Assembly (NCBI GenBank): GCA_964016885.1
Contig: OZ024740.1
Coordinates: 233,368,001 to 233,432,000 of the forward strand
DNA from: Eledone cirrhosa
Taxonomy: Eukaryota
Length of the DNA stretch: 64,000 nt
Direction: 5' to 3'
Part shown: positions 1 through 11,849 of the stretch, piece by piece
How positions within the stretch are numbered: position 1 is the stretch's first letter
Layout of the letters: each line of letters opens with the position of its first letter
The notes under the pieces: generated by a model
What the model was told of the DNA's origin: nothing
Database searches by the model: none
Seen by the model: only the letters and a program-made list of their open reading frames with translations
Position numbers and translations under genes: made by a program

Positions 1-235
1 GATTCGATTTTACTGATTTCCAATTATATATATATATATATATATATATGAAGAGAGAAAGGGTGAGGGACAGAGAGAGTAAGAAATGTGTGTGTGTTTG
101 GTACACGTCTATCTATCTACCTATCTATCTATCTATTTATCTCCAACAGGGGGCTCACACATGCGACCCGCGAACTACTTATCTGTCGCCCATGGTAGAA
201 CCAATATTTCATATCGCATTATAACTGGTGAAAAT

Positions 236-452
236 AAGGCGGCGAACTGGTGGAAATCGTTAGCACATCTGGCGAAATGCTTAACGGTACTTCTTCCGTT
301 TTTACGTTCTGAGTTCAAATTCCGCTAATCTCAACTTTGCCTTACATCCTTTTGGGATCAATGAATTAAGTACCAGTTGTGTACTAGGATCGATGCAATC
401 GACTGAACCCTAAGCCCCAAATTTCATGCCTTGTTCCTATAGTAGAAATCAT
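236..452 (+). mobile_element. Full-length tRNA-derived SINE (octopus-type) with 19-bp TSD
   Basis: tRNA-like head with B-box GAGTTCAAATTCC, central ctttgccttacatccttttgggatcaatgaattaagtaccag domain, TSD cattataactggtgaaaat at 217-235 and 450-468. Confidence 0.85.
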
Positions 453-575
453 TATAACTGGTGAAAATGTTCACCCACCACCACGTTTGGCCCACTATGC
501 CTCTCCTCCAGGACGTAATAGCCCTTTTGTGTCCTTGAGTTTGAGACCCCTCTTCTCCACACACACACACACACG

Positions 576-616
<41 letters not shown>

Positions 617-629
617 TTTACTTTTTTTC

Positions 630-844
630 TGTCTCTGGACTACGCCCATGCTGGAGCATCACCTTGGTAAGTTATGGGGACGTCAACAAACCAACAAGCA
701 TTGGCACACACAGACATATATACATATATACGACGGGCTTCTTTTAGTTTCGATCTATCAAATCCACTCACAGGGCTTTGGTCGGCTCGGGCAGTGGGAC
801 TGAACTCGGAAATATGTGGTTGGGAAACAAGCTTCTTGTCACAC

Positions 845-848
<4 letters not shown>
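630..848 (-). mobile_element. Second SINE family copy, internally deleted
   Basis: gggactgaactcgga (reverse B-box) plus tacgacgggcttctt..aaatccactcaca..gctttggtcggc body, recalled as typical of octopus SINEs. Confidence 0.65.
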
Positions 849-884
<36 letters not shown>

Positions 885-896
<12 letters not shown>

Positions 897-1080
897 ATAT
901 TAATAAATGGAAACTATATTTATAAAACCATATTTATTTTATTTTACATATTTCAAGAGCAAACAAGGCAATTTATAGTGCGCTTTCATTAGATAAAATA
1001 CAGATTTGTTTTATAAATAAATATTGACATACCCGGAAAAAAGACAACCTTAACGGTTGGAGCTTCCTGGATAGTGGAGA
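885..1080 (-). mobile_element. Degenerate HHR-bearing Penelope-like terminal element (same family as 40570-40968 and 51150-51430)
   Basis: Near-identical aaatggaaactatatttataaaaccatatttatt block; core mutated to CTAATGA at ~937-998; abuts (TA)n. Confidence 0.7.
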
Positions 1081-2015
1081 TAATAATTTATTGAGGGTAA
1101 TACAAAGTTATGAGTGAGTATGTTAATGAGTGTCCGAAAGGTTGAAAAGATAACGGTTTATTTAAATTAAACTTTTGGAAGAAGATGATATGTAAGAGAG
1201 AGAGAAAAAAGAAAAAAAGAAAGGAGAAAGAGAGAATAGGAAAGAAAGAACGATTAACATATTGATAGTGAAGATAGAGGGAATGAAGAAATAAGTATCA
1301 ATGGAGAAATATACACAGCGTAAATATATCTAAGTGAAAGAAGTGAAAGAAGAAATAAGATTAACGTGGAAGAATAATATTTATAATATAAGGGTTCATT
1401 ACGTTGTGATTATAATATTTATAATGATAGGTTGAAAAATTAGATTAAAATTAAAAATTAGAAATCAAAATTAAAGATTAAAATTTGCCCTAATATTAAA
1501 GATTTAATTTAATAATTTAATATTAATATTAAAAATTAATAATTAAAAATTAAAAAGTAAAAATTTAAATTTAAAAATTAAAATTAAAACAGAAGTATTT
1601 ATATTATATTAAGATGTATTAGTAATAATATATTGGTTTACATGTGTATGTTAAGGATTATAAATTATTTAAATAAATATATAATATTTTACATTAGAGA
1701 AAATCTAGTATAGTTTATTTTATTAAAGTAAGTTTGGCAAAATTATATTTATTAGTAGTTGTAAGTCAAAATTTAAACATCCAAATAATTCTAAATTTAT
1801 GAAAAATTTACGAGAGTTTACAAAGGAATAACTACTTAATTATATTATAAAAACAGTAAGGAAGTGTAAAGGAAATTAGAAGTGATTTTGTAAGATCTCA
1901 AATGACTCCAAGGATTAAATGTTATAAAGTTAAAAAATGTTATCCTAAGAATATAATTAAAATATATCACTTTTAAAAATATTTAAGCTTGTTGAATCCC
2001 GACAAATTAAATATA

Positions 2016-2135
<120 letters not shown>

Positions 2136-2521
2136 GTTTACATATATATGTGTTTTACAACAGGTCACGTTGTGGCTCAATGAAGAATTAATAAATTAAA
2201 TAATTTAATAATTTAATATTAAATAATCAGAGCTATATATCATAAAACATGTCTTTATAATCACTAGATATAACATATACCATTTCCTCTCCCAATTAGC
2301 AAAATTAACCATATAAAAAATCAATCAGACCAAGCTATAAGAATAAAGGCTCCTATGAAGAAATCTCCGACAAATAACCGAAAGCAGCCCCTTCGCGGTG
2401 GCTACGATGGAGTATTTATCCAACATTTCGACAGCAAGTAGAAATCGACTAGATATACAGTCAACTAAACACAATTAGGTGTAAATTCAAACTTAGAAGA
2501 AATGCGTACATACCTAATTAC

Positions 2522-2595
2522 CTCTACCATGGTTTCATTCGTATTTTAAGTGATCCGATAACAGGGAATGTCTAGAGCTTCGGACTCATCAGGAG
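2522..2595 (-). ncRNA. Type I hammerhead ribozyme motif
   Basis: ctc-CTGATGA-gtccg..cgaat-GAAA-ccatgg-TA-gag; palindromic stem III. Confidence 0.7.
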
Positions 2596-3178
2596 CGAAC
2601 TCAAAATTAGACATTTAATTTTCCAAAGTGATCGCGCCAAAAATACATTCAAAAAGGGCTAAGAATCGTGATGCGGCAGAGGTCAAGTTAAAAAGGATGT
2701 GATTAGTTGCTTACGGTGGGTAGGCTTATTGCTAGAAAGCGCAGCCCAATACCGCCAAATGGTATCTCAACCTAACGGGAGATTATTACATATAAAGGTT
2801 TACATATATATAAAGTCATAGATATATATGTGTTTTGCAACAGGTCACGTTGTGGTTCAATGAAGAAATAATAAATTAAATAATCAGAGCTATATATCAT
2901 AAAACATGTCATTAGAATCACTAGATATAATATATACCATTTCCTCTCCCAGTTAGCATAATTAACAATATAAAAAATCAATCAGACCAAGCTATAAGAA
3001 TAAAGGCTACTATGAAGAAATCTCCGACAAATAACAGAAAGCAGCACCCACGCGGTGGCTACGATGGAGTATGTATCCAACATTTCGACAGCATGTAGAA
3101 ATTGACCAGATATACAGTCAACTAAACACAATTAGGTGTAAATTCAAACTTAGAAGAAATGCGTACATACCTAATTAT

Positions 3179-3252
3179 CCCTACCATGGTTTCATCCGTA
3201 TTTTAAGACATCCGATAACAGGGAATGTCTAGAGCTTCGGACTCATCAGGAG
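3179..3252 (-). ncRNA. Type I hammerhead ribozyme motif
   Basis: ctc-CTGATGA-gtccg..cggat-GAAA-ccatgg-TA-ggg. Confidence 0.7.
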
Positions 3253-3343
3253 CGAACTCAAAATTAGACATTTAATTTTCCAATGTGATATATATATATA
3301 TATATATTAATAAAAATATATATAAATATATGTATGTATGTAG

Positions 3344-3437
<94 letters not shown>

Positions 3438-3505
3438 ATGTATGTATATTTATATATATATATATGTAGAAGGATTTAAATGGATACAGTTCAGTTAAAA
3501 GGAAT

Positions 3506-3626
3506 TTATTGACACGTGTTTCAATAACAGTTATATAACCTGAAAACAGCTGCTATCTACAAAGTATTAATTATGCAGACACTCAATATTTCAATGTTAT
3601 TATCAACTATCATTTCATCAGAATAA
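3506..3626 (-). ncRNA. Type I hammerhead ribozyme motif with long stem II insert
   Basis: ttatt-CTGATGA-aatga..ttatt-GAAA-cacgtg-TC-aataa; inverted partial arm at 3853-3916. Confidence 0.75.
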
Positions 3627-3920
3627 TTTTATTGAGAACCTGTTTGGTTTTTATAGAGAATATTAAGAGGGAGGGGTGAAGTTGTTAGAAGAATAGTTAA
3701 GGGAGTGGATAGAGTTTTTTTTTGATAGCAGTGAGAATTTTTGGTAGCAGTGAGTAATTAGATTCCCATCTGTTGTTTTGACATTTTTATAGAATACATT
3801 ATTTGGCGTTGGTTATTTTTCTAAATCTATAGAAGAATTAGAGATAGTAAAGATATTGAGTGTCTGCATAATTAATACTTTGTAGATAGCAGCTGTTTTC
3901 AGGTTATGTAACTGTTTTCA

Positions 3921-6090
3921 GGTCGGGCGCCGCCTTCTGAGTGCAATTGTGGCGCTCACCAATAGACTCATTCATGGTGCCCTCGACCCTTACGCCCGAG
4001 GCCTCTTTTTTTCGGCCAGCCTCACCGCTCTCAGGAAGAAAGAGGGTGGCATACGCCTCATTGCGGTGGGCAATGTCTTCTGGAGGTTGGCTGCCAAGGT
4101 GATCTGCAAGTCCATCATACACGAACTGGGTGGCGAGTTTAGTCCGGTGCAACTGGGTGTCGGCGTGTCCGGTGGCTGTGAGGGAGCCGCTCATGCAATC
4201 AGGCAGTTCTTCAGCAGCTGCCCATCGGTACCGGCATCCAGAGACTCCAGGCTCCTCATTGTCAAGCTTGACATGAAGAATGCCTTTAACTCTTTACGCC
4301 GGGATCATCTGCTCGAGGCCTGCCTCAGCCGACCCCCCTCTGCCTACCCGCTGGCCTACCTGTCATATGGAGCCCCGAGCAAGCTCCTAGCTGCTGATAC
4401 GGTCAAACCCTCAGCTACTGGGTTCCAACAGGGCGACCGTTTGGGACCCCTCCTGTTCGCCCTTGGTATTGACCACATCGCCCGGAGTATCACGGCCCCT
4501 CTCAACGTTTGGTAACTGGATGATGCTACGTTGGGCGGGCCCATACGGTCGGTCTGCCAAGACCTTCAATCGGTGATTCCTGCCCTGGCGGGAATCGGCC
4601 TCCAGGTCAACTCGGCCAAGTGAGAGGTGGTGAACGTCAGTCTCGATGCTGCGAGCTTTGCAGCCTCCGTCTTGGACGTGCGGTCCATTCTCCGCCAGGT
4701 TCAGGTGACCTCCAAAGAGGATGTCCTCATCCTCGGGTCACCGATCCAGCCGCCGGCCATCCGCGCCACCATCAGGTCCAGGCTTCAACAGCTCCAGACT
4801 CTCACGAACCGACAGGGCTTGATTGACGGCCACCCAGCTCTCTTTCTGCTGAGGAACTGCTTCGCCATGCCGAAGCTCCTCTATACACTCCGCAGAACTC
4901 CATGCTACACCCAGACATCTCTCCTCGCTGACCTCGATACTTGTATCCGAGCAGCAGCCGAGGGGATATGCAACGTCAAGTTTGACGATATAGGGTGGCA
5001 ACAGGCCACTTTACCGGTCAGGTATGGCGGCCTTGGCCTCCGGTCCCCGATTTCACTAGTTTTGCCGGCGTATCTTTCGTCGGTACCTCGGGCCGCGTCC
5101 TCGTCAGCATGGTTCTTCAAAACACAACAGAACCCCCTGTGTTCAGAGAACGTGAGGCTGCCTGTGAGACGTGGGACCGGCTGGGACTTAGCCCAGTAGA
5201 CGTCCCTCCTCCTTCTCCCCCTGTTGGCGTCAAGTCCCCCCCCCCAACGCACTTGGGATGCCATCCAGTGCAGCCTGGTCTCGGACAGGCTCACTCACGC
5301 GCCAGCTCGACCAGCACCACCTTGCTTTTTTTCGTGCGACCTCCAAACCCCACAGTGGTGCCTGGCTCCATTCCCTGCCCTCCTTCTCCACTGGCACGCA
5401 GCTAGACAACCATAGCCTGCGAATCGGCGTTTCGCTGAGGCTCGGCCTCCGGATCTGCCAGCCGCACCAATGTCGCTGCGGTTCCACCGTGGACTCTTTC
5501 GGCCTCCACCCGCTTTCCTGTCGCCACAGTGCCGGCCGCATTCCACGCCATGCTGCCCTCAACGGGGTCATTAAGCATGGCTTGGACGCTGCAGGCTTCC
5601 CTTCCCAGCTCGAGCCGTGGGGCTGGTTCGAGGAGACGGCAAAAGGCCAGATGGCATGACCATCTTCCCGTTCCGCGGTGGCAAACCCCTCGTCTGGGTT
5701 GCCACTTGCACCGACACTTTCTGTAGCCGCAACCTGGTGCAGTCTATGACTGACCCAAGTTCTGCTACACGTCGGGCTGAGGGGGCCAAACCCCGCAAAT
5801 ACCGGTCGCTCTCCGACAGATTTGCGGTCGTTCCCCTGGCAGTGGAGACTTCTTGTGTCCTCGGCTCCAGGGCTACCTCCTTACTAATCACCATAGGCGC
5901 TGTGCTGGCCAGCCGCGAGTGTGATCCCCTCGAGTTGGAGTGGCTTTTCCAGCGCGTCTCCCTTGCTGTCCTCCGGGGAAACGCCTTCTCCATTCTGTCC
6001 GCCGGACCCCATCGCGTACCAATACATTAGTTAAATACCATTCTTTCATCTGATACAACACAATAAAGACTAAAGTGATTTTTAAAAAAA
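3921..6090 (+). mobile_element. 5'-truncated CRE-like non-LTR retrotransposon (RT + CCHC + restriction-like endonuclease), frameshifted
   Basis: GGIRLIAVG, KLDMKNAFNS, QQGDRLGPLLF, W*LDD, GGLGL, CRCG..H..C..RH, KRPDG, E..K..KY, FQRVSLAVLRGNA; AATAAA and short A-run at the 3' end. Confidence 0.9.
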
Positions 6091-6146
6091 TATACTACAT
6101 GCTTTTCTATATATATAATGTTTACAGAACGAAAACACTAACAAAT

Positions 6147-6335
6147 ATAATTGTTTCTAGTTTTGGCAAAAGGCCAGCAATTATCACAGTGTATTACTGG
6201 TACTTTATTTTATCGACCCCGTAAGGGTGAAAGGCAAAGTTAACCTTGGTGGGATTTGAACTCAGATCGTAAAGGGCCGTAACTCTATGCTTCAAAGCAT
6301 GGCATCCTACCCTCTACCAATACTGCCAATCCACC
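6147..6335 (-). mobile_element. Young tRNA-SINE family copy
   Basis: Matches the ~190-bp consensus ggattggcagtatcggtagagggt...ctgagttcaaatccc...gtagaaacaatta seen >15 times in this window. Confidence 0.9.
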
Positions 6336-6342
6336 ACTCTTT

Positions 6343-6528
6343 TAATAATTGTTTCTACTTTTGCCACAAGGCCAGCAATTATCCTAGTGCATTACTGGTA
6401 CTTTATTTTATCGACCCCGTAAGGATGAAAGGCAAAGTTAACCTCGACGGGATTTGAACTCAAACCGTAAAGGGACGTAACTATGCTAGAAAGCATGGCC
6501 TCCGACCCTCTACCGATACTGCCAATTC
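6343..6528 (-). mobile_element. Young tRNA-SINE family copy (tandem with previous)
   Basis: Same consensus. Confidence 0.9.
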
Positions 6529-6719
6529 TATATAATATTTACAAAGGAATGGGAAAGGAAAAAAAGAAGAGAAAAAATACACAGGCACGTAATACACACA
6601 TCTTAGAACACATAGAACAAAATGCAGGCGAAAGAGTGGAGAAAAAACGAGCCGCTACCAGAGCAAAAATAGCAATATAGCGAGGAACACTGGGAAACCT
6701 CTCTAATAATTTTTGAGGC

Positions 6720-7135
6720 AGGCCAGCACGCTCGCAACGCTACATTGGTTGCTGGAACAGCCAAGTGCCCTCACGAGCATCACCATTTACCTCTGTTTGG
6801 CGAGGAGCGGCCAGTGAAGATAATAATCTTTCTGTCAGTAGCCCGACTCCCCCAAACGTCTCGAACGCCACGTCTCGAACGCATAAGCTGACAGAACACG
6901 GTATTTTAGGATTTTGTTCGGTTCAGCTGCGGATGCTGTAGCTCTCGACCTTACCGCTGCATCCAGAATGTGGGAAGAAGCAAAAGAGTCACTACCTGTG
7001 ACGTCCCAGGTAAGGCACCTTCCTCTTGACCAGGAACATAGGGTAAGACCGTCAAGTCTTTTCCCATCAATTCAGGACAACCCAAAATTGAGGGGATGTT
7101 TGCCCGAGCCAAAGCTCTTAAGTGATTATAGGACA
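6720..7135 (-). pseudogene. Second CRE-like element, 3' RLE fragment
   Basis: Manual minus-strand translation DGKRLDGLTLCSWSRGRCLTWDVT..D....AEPNKILKY..AFET..WLFQ; not represented as such in the ORF track. Confidence 0.75.
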
Positions 7136-7289
7136 GTGTGTGTATGTGCGCGCGCATGAGTTTGTCGGCGTTCTTAAATTAGAGACACGTGTGTGTGTCA
7201 CTGTTTTTAAGTTAGAGACATATATGTGTGTATCACTTTCCTTCCTTTTACACACACATACATTCACACAAACACACATACACATTGCA

Positions 7290-7975
7290 TGATGGACGGG
7301 TGGACAGAAGTCCCTCAAATTTATATACATGTGAATGGAGTTCCACTGAAACAGTTAGAGAAATTCAAATATCTTGGAGCCATGTTCATGAGTGATGGAA
7401 TGCAGGAGGCTGAATTAAGTACAATAATTGCAAAAGCTGATGCAGTAATGCGCCAGCCTCAGCATTCAGCAATCAGAAGAAGAGGGTAGGGGTAAAAGCC
7501 AAGCTTGCTGTCTTCCTGGTATTCCTGCCAACTCTTACCGAGGATCATGAATCTTGAGTAATGACCAAAAGAATACAATTGCGAATAAAAGTGGCAGAAA
7601 TGGGATTCCTCCGAAGGTCTTTGGAGTAACGTTACTCGATAAAGTGCATATCTCAGAGACCAGAGAGTCACTCCTGGTAGAGCCACTACTTCTCCGAATT
7701 GAGAGATCACAACTCCAATATTATGAGCATGTGGTTAGAATGTCTCAGTAAAGAATCGCTGGATACATTTTTACAGGAAAACCAGCCTGCAAGAGACCCA
7801 GAGGTAGACTCTGAGCAAGATAGTTGGATAACATCCATGAACTTGGCTGGTCAGGCTTTGGGATCCAGCTGGATCAGTTAGAGATGTTTGCTACTGACAG
7901 ACTGGCTGGAAGGAGTGTTTGAGAAGGACTCTTCCCCCACGACCCTCTCAGAAATAAGTGGGTGAAGAAGAAGAT
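7290..7975 (+). mobile_element. RTE-clade LINE 3' fragment, degraded
   Basis: LKQLEKFKYLG, EPLLLRIERSQLQYYEHVVRM, terminal (GAA)n tail. Confidence 0.8.
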
Positions 7976-8305
7976 ATTGTCAATTTACTTTCCAATTTAT
8001 ATATATCTGTATGCATATATATTGGCGTATAATACCAATATGCACACTACCTATGCTAGCGGGGGTCGGTTTTCTGCTAGTTAGTATAATGACTCCATTT
8101 ATACCATAAACGTAGTTTTGGTTTTTTGTCTTTGCGTGAAATTTTTTTCATCGCTCCACATGACGTATTATCTTCGCTTTTTTTTTTTTTTCGTTCATTG
8201 CCAGGGTACGTCCTGACTAACCAACGTATCGTCTTCCTGTTTTCCTTCGGCTACAAGGTTTTTCGAAATATTCACTTCTGCGTCCACTGATTGATTTTTT
8301 TTTTT

Positions 8306-8356
8306 AGTTTCAGAAGATCCCGTTATGGCTGAAAGCATCGATTCTTTGCTTAAACT
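8306..8356 (+). ncRNA. Variant/degenerate hammerhead motif
   Basis: agttt-CAGAAGA-..-GAAA-gca..tgc-TT-aaact; stems I and III pair, core U4 changed to A. Confidence 0.45.
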
Positions 8357-8467
8357 TTAATCTGTTATTTTAACAAATATTTGCTCTACGGTTTTATATA
8401 ATTTATATTTATATCATCCTTATCGAGCCCTCTTCGGATTTTAGTCTTCATATTTATTATTATTACT

Positions 8468-8580
8468 ATGCCGAGGTTGACTTTGCCTTTCATCCTTACG
8501 AGGTCGATAAAATAAAGTACCAGTAATGCACTGGATAATTGGGTAATTGCTGGCCTTGTGCCTAAAGTAGAAACAATTAC
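8468..8580 (+). mobile_element. 5'-truncated young SINE
   Basis: 3' half of the consensus; short attactat TSD. Confidence 0.85.
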
Positions 8581-8602
8581 TATATATATATATATATATT
8601 GG

Positions 8603-8707
<105 letters not shown>

Positions 8708-8766
8708 TATATATATATAAATATATATATATATTATTAGGGTAAATATTGATGCAATTCAGCTCA

Positions 8767-9000
8767 AGCACTCAACGTACTTTTTCCACATAGGAGTGAC
8801 GGAGTAAATATCGAATAAGTAAAAGCGAAGTAGTTTCAGATGTTCAAGTCCTTTAATAATAATGCTGCGATATATAATTCAGTGACGACACTGGCCACAC
8901 TGTGGCCAGTCTGTGGCCAGTGTCGTCACTGAAATATATATCACAGCATTATTATTAAAGGACTTGAACATCTGAAACTACTTCGCTTTTCCTTATTCTA
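8767..9000. mobile_element. Palindromic PLE-like terminal fragment (3' half of HHR plus tail hairpin)
   Basis: Arms 8812-8900 and 8912-9000; GAAA-tatata-TC; ACTCC..TTGAGTGCT tail on the left arm only. Confidence 0.65.
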
Positions 9001-9183
9001 TATATATATATATGCACATTTCGTTGCTTCACCATCTTTGTTTGTTTACACTCTCGTGTCCCCTTTATTTACGTGTCCCAACGACTTTTTTTAGCCGTTG
9101 CTCGCACCAACCGGAGGTATATGGTCGTTAAAGCGATGAAATACCAATGATGGTTGGAAGATCACTGATGAAGGACTAATTTA

Positions 9184-9285
<102 letters not shown>

Positions 9286-9534
9286 TGTGTGCGTCGGTTT
9301 ATATCTGTGTGTGTGTTTGAGTGTTGTTTAAGTGTAGAAACGCATGTAAAATTGATTTGTTATACGTGCGTACATACAACTGTAACTGGTACTATTCTAA
9401 TCATGTAATGTTTTCGTTTATCACACACATGTGAGATACACTGACCCAACTGCCTGACCTTTCAGATTACATGATTGAGTAATACTATTGACATGTCAAA
9501 TTTGATAGGTACAGATTGAGGTATAAATAGATAG

Positions 9535-11848
9535 ATATATTTCTTTATTTGCCACAAGGGCGCATAAGAAAAGGGGACAATACAAAGATACATGCCGGGG
9601 ATTTTACATACAATCGTGTAAAAATATTAAAACAAACAAATTTAACAATAGAAATCTCCAATAGGGGGGAGGCGTTACAAATGGGTTGTTTAATACCCCG
9701 TCGATAGAACAACCCTCAACTCAAGGAGCGTGTTGTGCAAGTGTTCCTTTCTTCATTTTGCTCTATTCTTCAACCTAAAGGTTTATATACAGAGAAGGCC
9801 CAATCACTCGGGCAATTTTTGCTACACTCTCCCACCTTTCAGTAAATTTACTGGGGTGCAGTACCTCTCTCTCTACTCTGATTCTCCGTCTAAAGTGGTA
9901 CCTAAAGAAGGTAATGAGTTGTTGTCCGGAGAGAATGGCATCTGTCCTCTGTCCTCTCAATCTCGTCCACCATATAACCTCTTTCACCTTAGCCACTAAA
10001 CAGAGGAAAACCGCCTCTCTTTCGTTTTTGAAAGAAGTTGGCGGTTTGATCCCTACTATGGACTCGGCAATCAACTGGATTTGTCGCATACACGAAAGCA
10101 GTTGTTCTGCATAGTTCCACAGGTCGGTTACGCCCGGGCAGTGTACAATTGCGTGCAAGACGGTTTCAATGTCTTGCTCACATCTTGGACACGTCCTCTT
10201 GGAAGGATCCCTGCCGGGGCGTCCGTGCCTGTAGATCTTCTCTCGAACGGGTAGAGCTCCTCGGTAGCACTGCCAGGTCAGGGACCTCTGGAAGTTGTCC
10301 ATAGGTCCCGGGCGGAAAGTTCTACCAAACAGACTCGTGAGCTCGCGGTCTTCGACGCCCAGAGTCTCTCCGCGCACGTCGTCACCTTTGTGACGTACTA
10401 ATCCTCTATAGAATGTCGAAGTGGAGTCTCCACTGATTGCTGTGCCCGCTTGAGAGAGGACTGTGAGCGCCTCAGCGCATTCAATGTGCCAGGCGCCCAC
10501 CTTCTTCGGTCACCGCTTGACCCAGGACTGCAGCTCCGTCAGCGAGACAAGTTGCGGGAAGGTCTGTCTCACAAACGGTGCCCACACCGGTTGGTCGGTG
10601 ACGAATACCTGGAGATGCCGTAATCTCAGCGCACATTTGCACATCATCAGCTACGGCATTCCCATCCCTCCGTTGGAAGGGTGCTGACAGCAGACGGATC
10701 TCCTCACCAGTGGAGCCTGCTTCTTCCAAAGGAACTGGAAGAGCATGCGTTCCATCTTGGTGAGGTGTTCACGGGGACAAGGGACGACGGTCAAGCGGTA
10801 GTAGATGACCGTCGGGCAGATATTGGCGTGCATTGCTTTGATCCAGCCTCTGAAGACGGGTCCGAAACCGGCCGCCTTGAGAACCGCATCCAAGTATCGA
10901 TGGTCGACCCTATCGAACGCTTTAGACTGATCTAAATTGATCAGAGCCCCACCGAAGCCGGGTTTACACCCACCCTCTCTATGATGTATCGCATGAGGTG
11001 GAGGTTGTCGTGTATGGACCTGGTCGGGATTGCACACGTTTGCGCTTTCCCTACCAGGTTCTCGACGACAAGCGCCAACCTCGTTGCTAACACCTTGGCC
11101 AAAATCTTTAACTCAGTGTTCAGCAGAGTTATGGGCCTAAAGTTTCTTAGTTCGTCCCCCTTGTTCTCGTCTTTCCTGATCAGCGTTACTACGCCCCTGC
11201 CTGCAGAACTGGGAATTCTCCCGTTCTGCTGCCAGTTGCAGTAGACGGCTTCGAGGACGCCAGAGAAAAAATCCGGCAAGCCTATGTAAAACTCATAGGG
11301 TAGACCATCTAGACCGGGTGATTTGCGTTTCCCACAGCGGCCCTCAGCGTCCCGTATCTCAGTGGCTGTGACCGGTCTTTCGTAGAACTCAGCGTCCATG
11401 CTCGAGAGACGCGGCAGACCGTCGAGCTATAAACCGAAGTCCATTGCCCCGTTCGGCGCACCGCCGCTCTGCTTAAACAGTCGCGTAAAGCGCCGCTGAA
11501 AGGCCGTGCACATCTGCCTGGAGTCAAGTAGCACGCGTCCGTTTTTGTTTTTCAAAAACCTAATCGTAGACTTCTTGCCACTTTCCGCTTCTGCCACTCG
11601 GACCCAGCTAACAGCTTTTGCTCCCTCGTTTCCTAAAGCACGTGATCTACTCCTGACCACGCAGCCTTCGTGTTTCGCATCGAAGAACTGGTCTAGTGCC
11701 GTTCTCGTTGCTAGCACTCTAGCTGCGTTGCACTCCTAAGCGCCTCCTCTACCTTGGCTACTAGTTCTCTTTCTGCCTTGTTTTTCTCTAAGGCTAATTA
11801 TTTGCTAAAAGTTATCGACTCTACGCTAATTGCTCTCTTGAGAGAGGG
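9535..11848 (-). mobile_element. L1/Tx1-clade LINE ORF2 relic with 3' end (copy 1)
   Basis: KSPGLDGLPYEFY, NFRPITLLNTELKILAK, LDQSKAFDRVDH, zf-RVT CPRC..ETVLHAIVHC; AATAAA at 3' end; RT core (QG..PLS to YADD) deleted. Confidence 0.88.
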
Positions 11849-11849
11849 A

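Noticed and set aside
1080-1990. Possible Penelope GIY-YIG/RT remnant next to an HHR element
   Set aside because: Extremely AT-rich; no recognisable protein motif in manual translation.
4905-5993. Antisense ORFs over the CRE-like and other LINEs
   Set aside because: Shadow ORFs of GC-rich coding sequence without motifs of their own.
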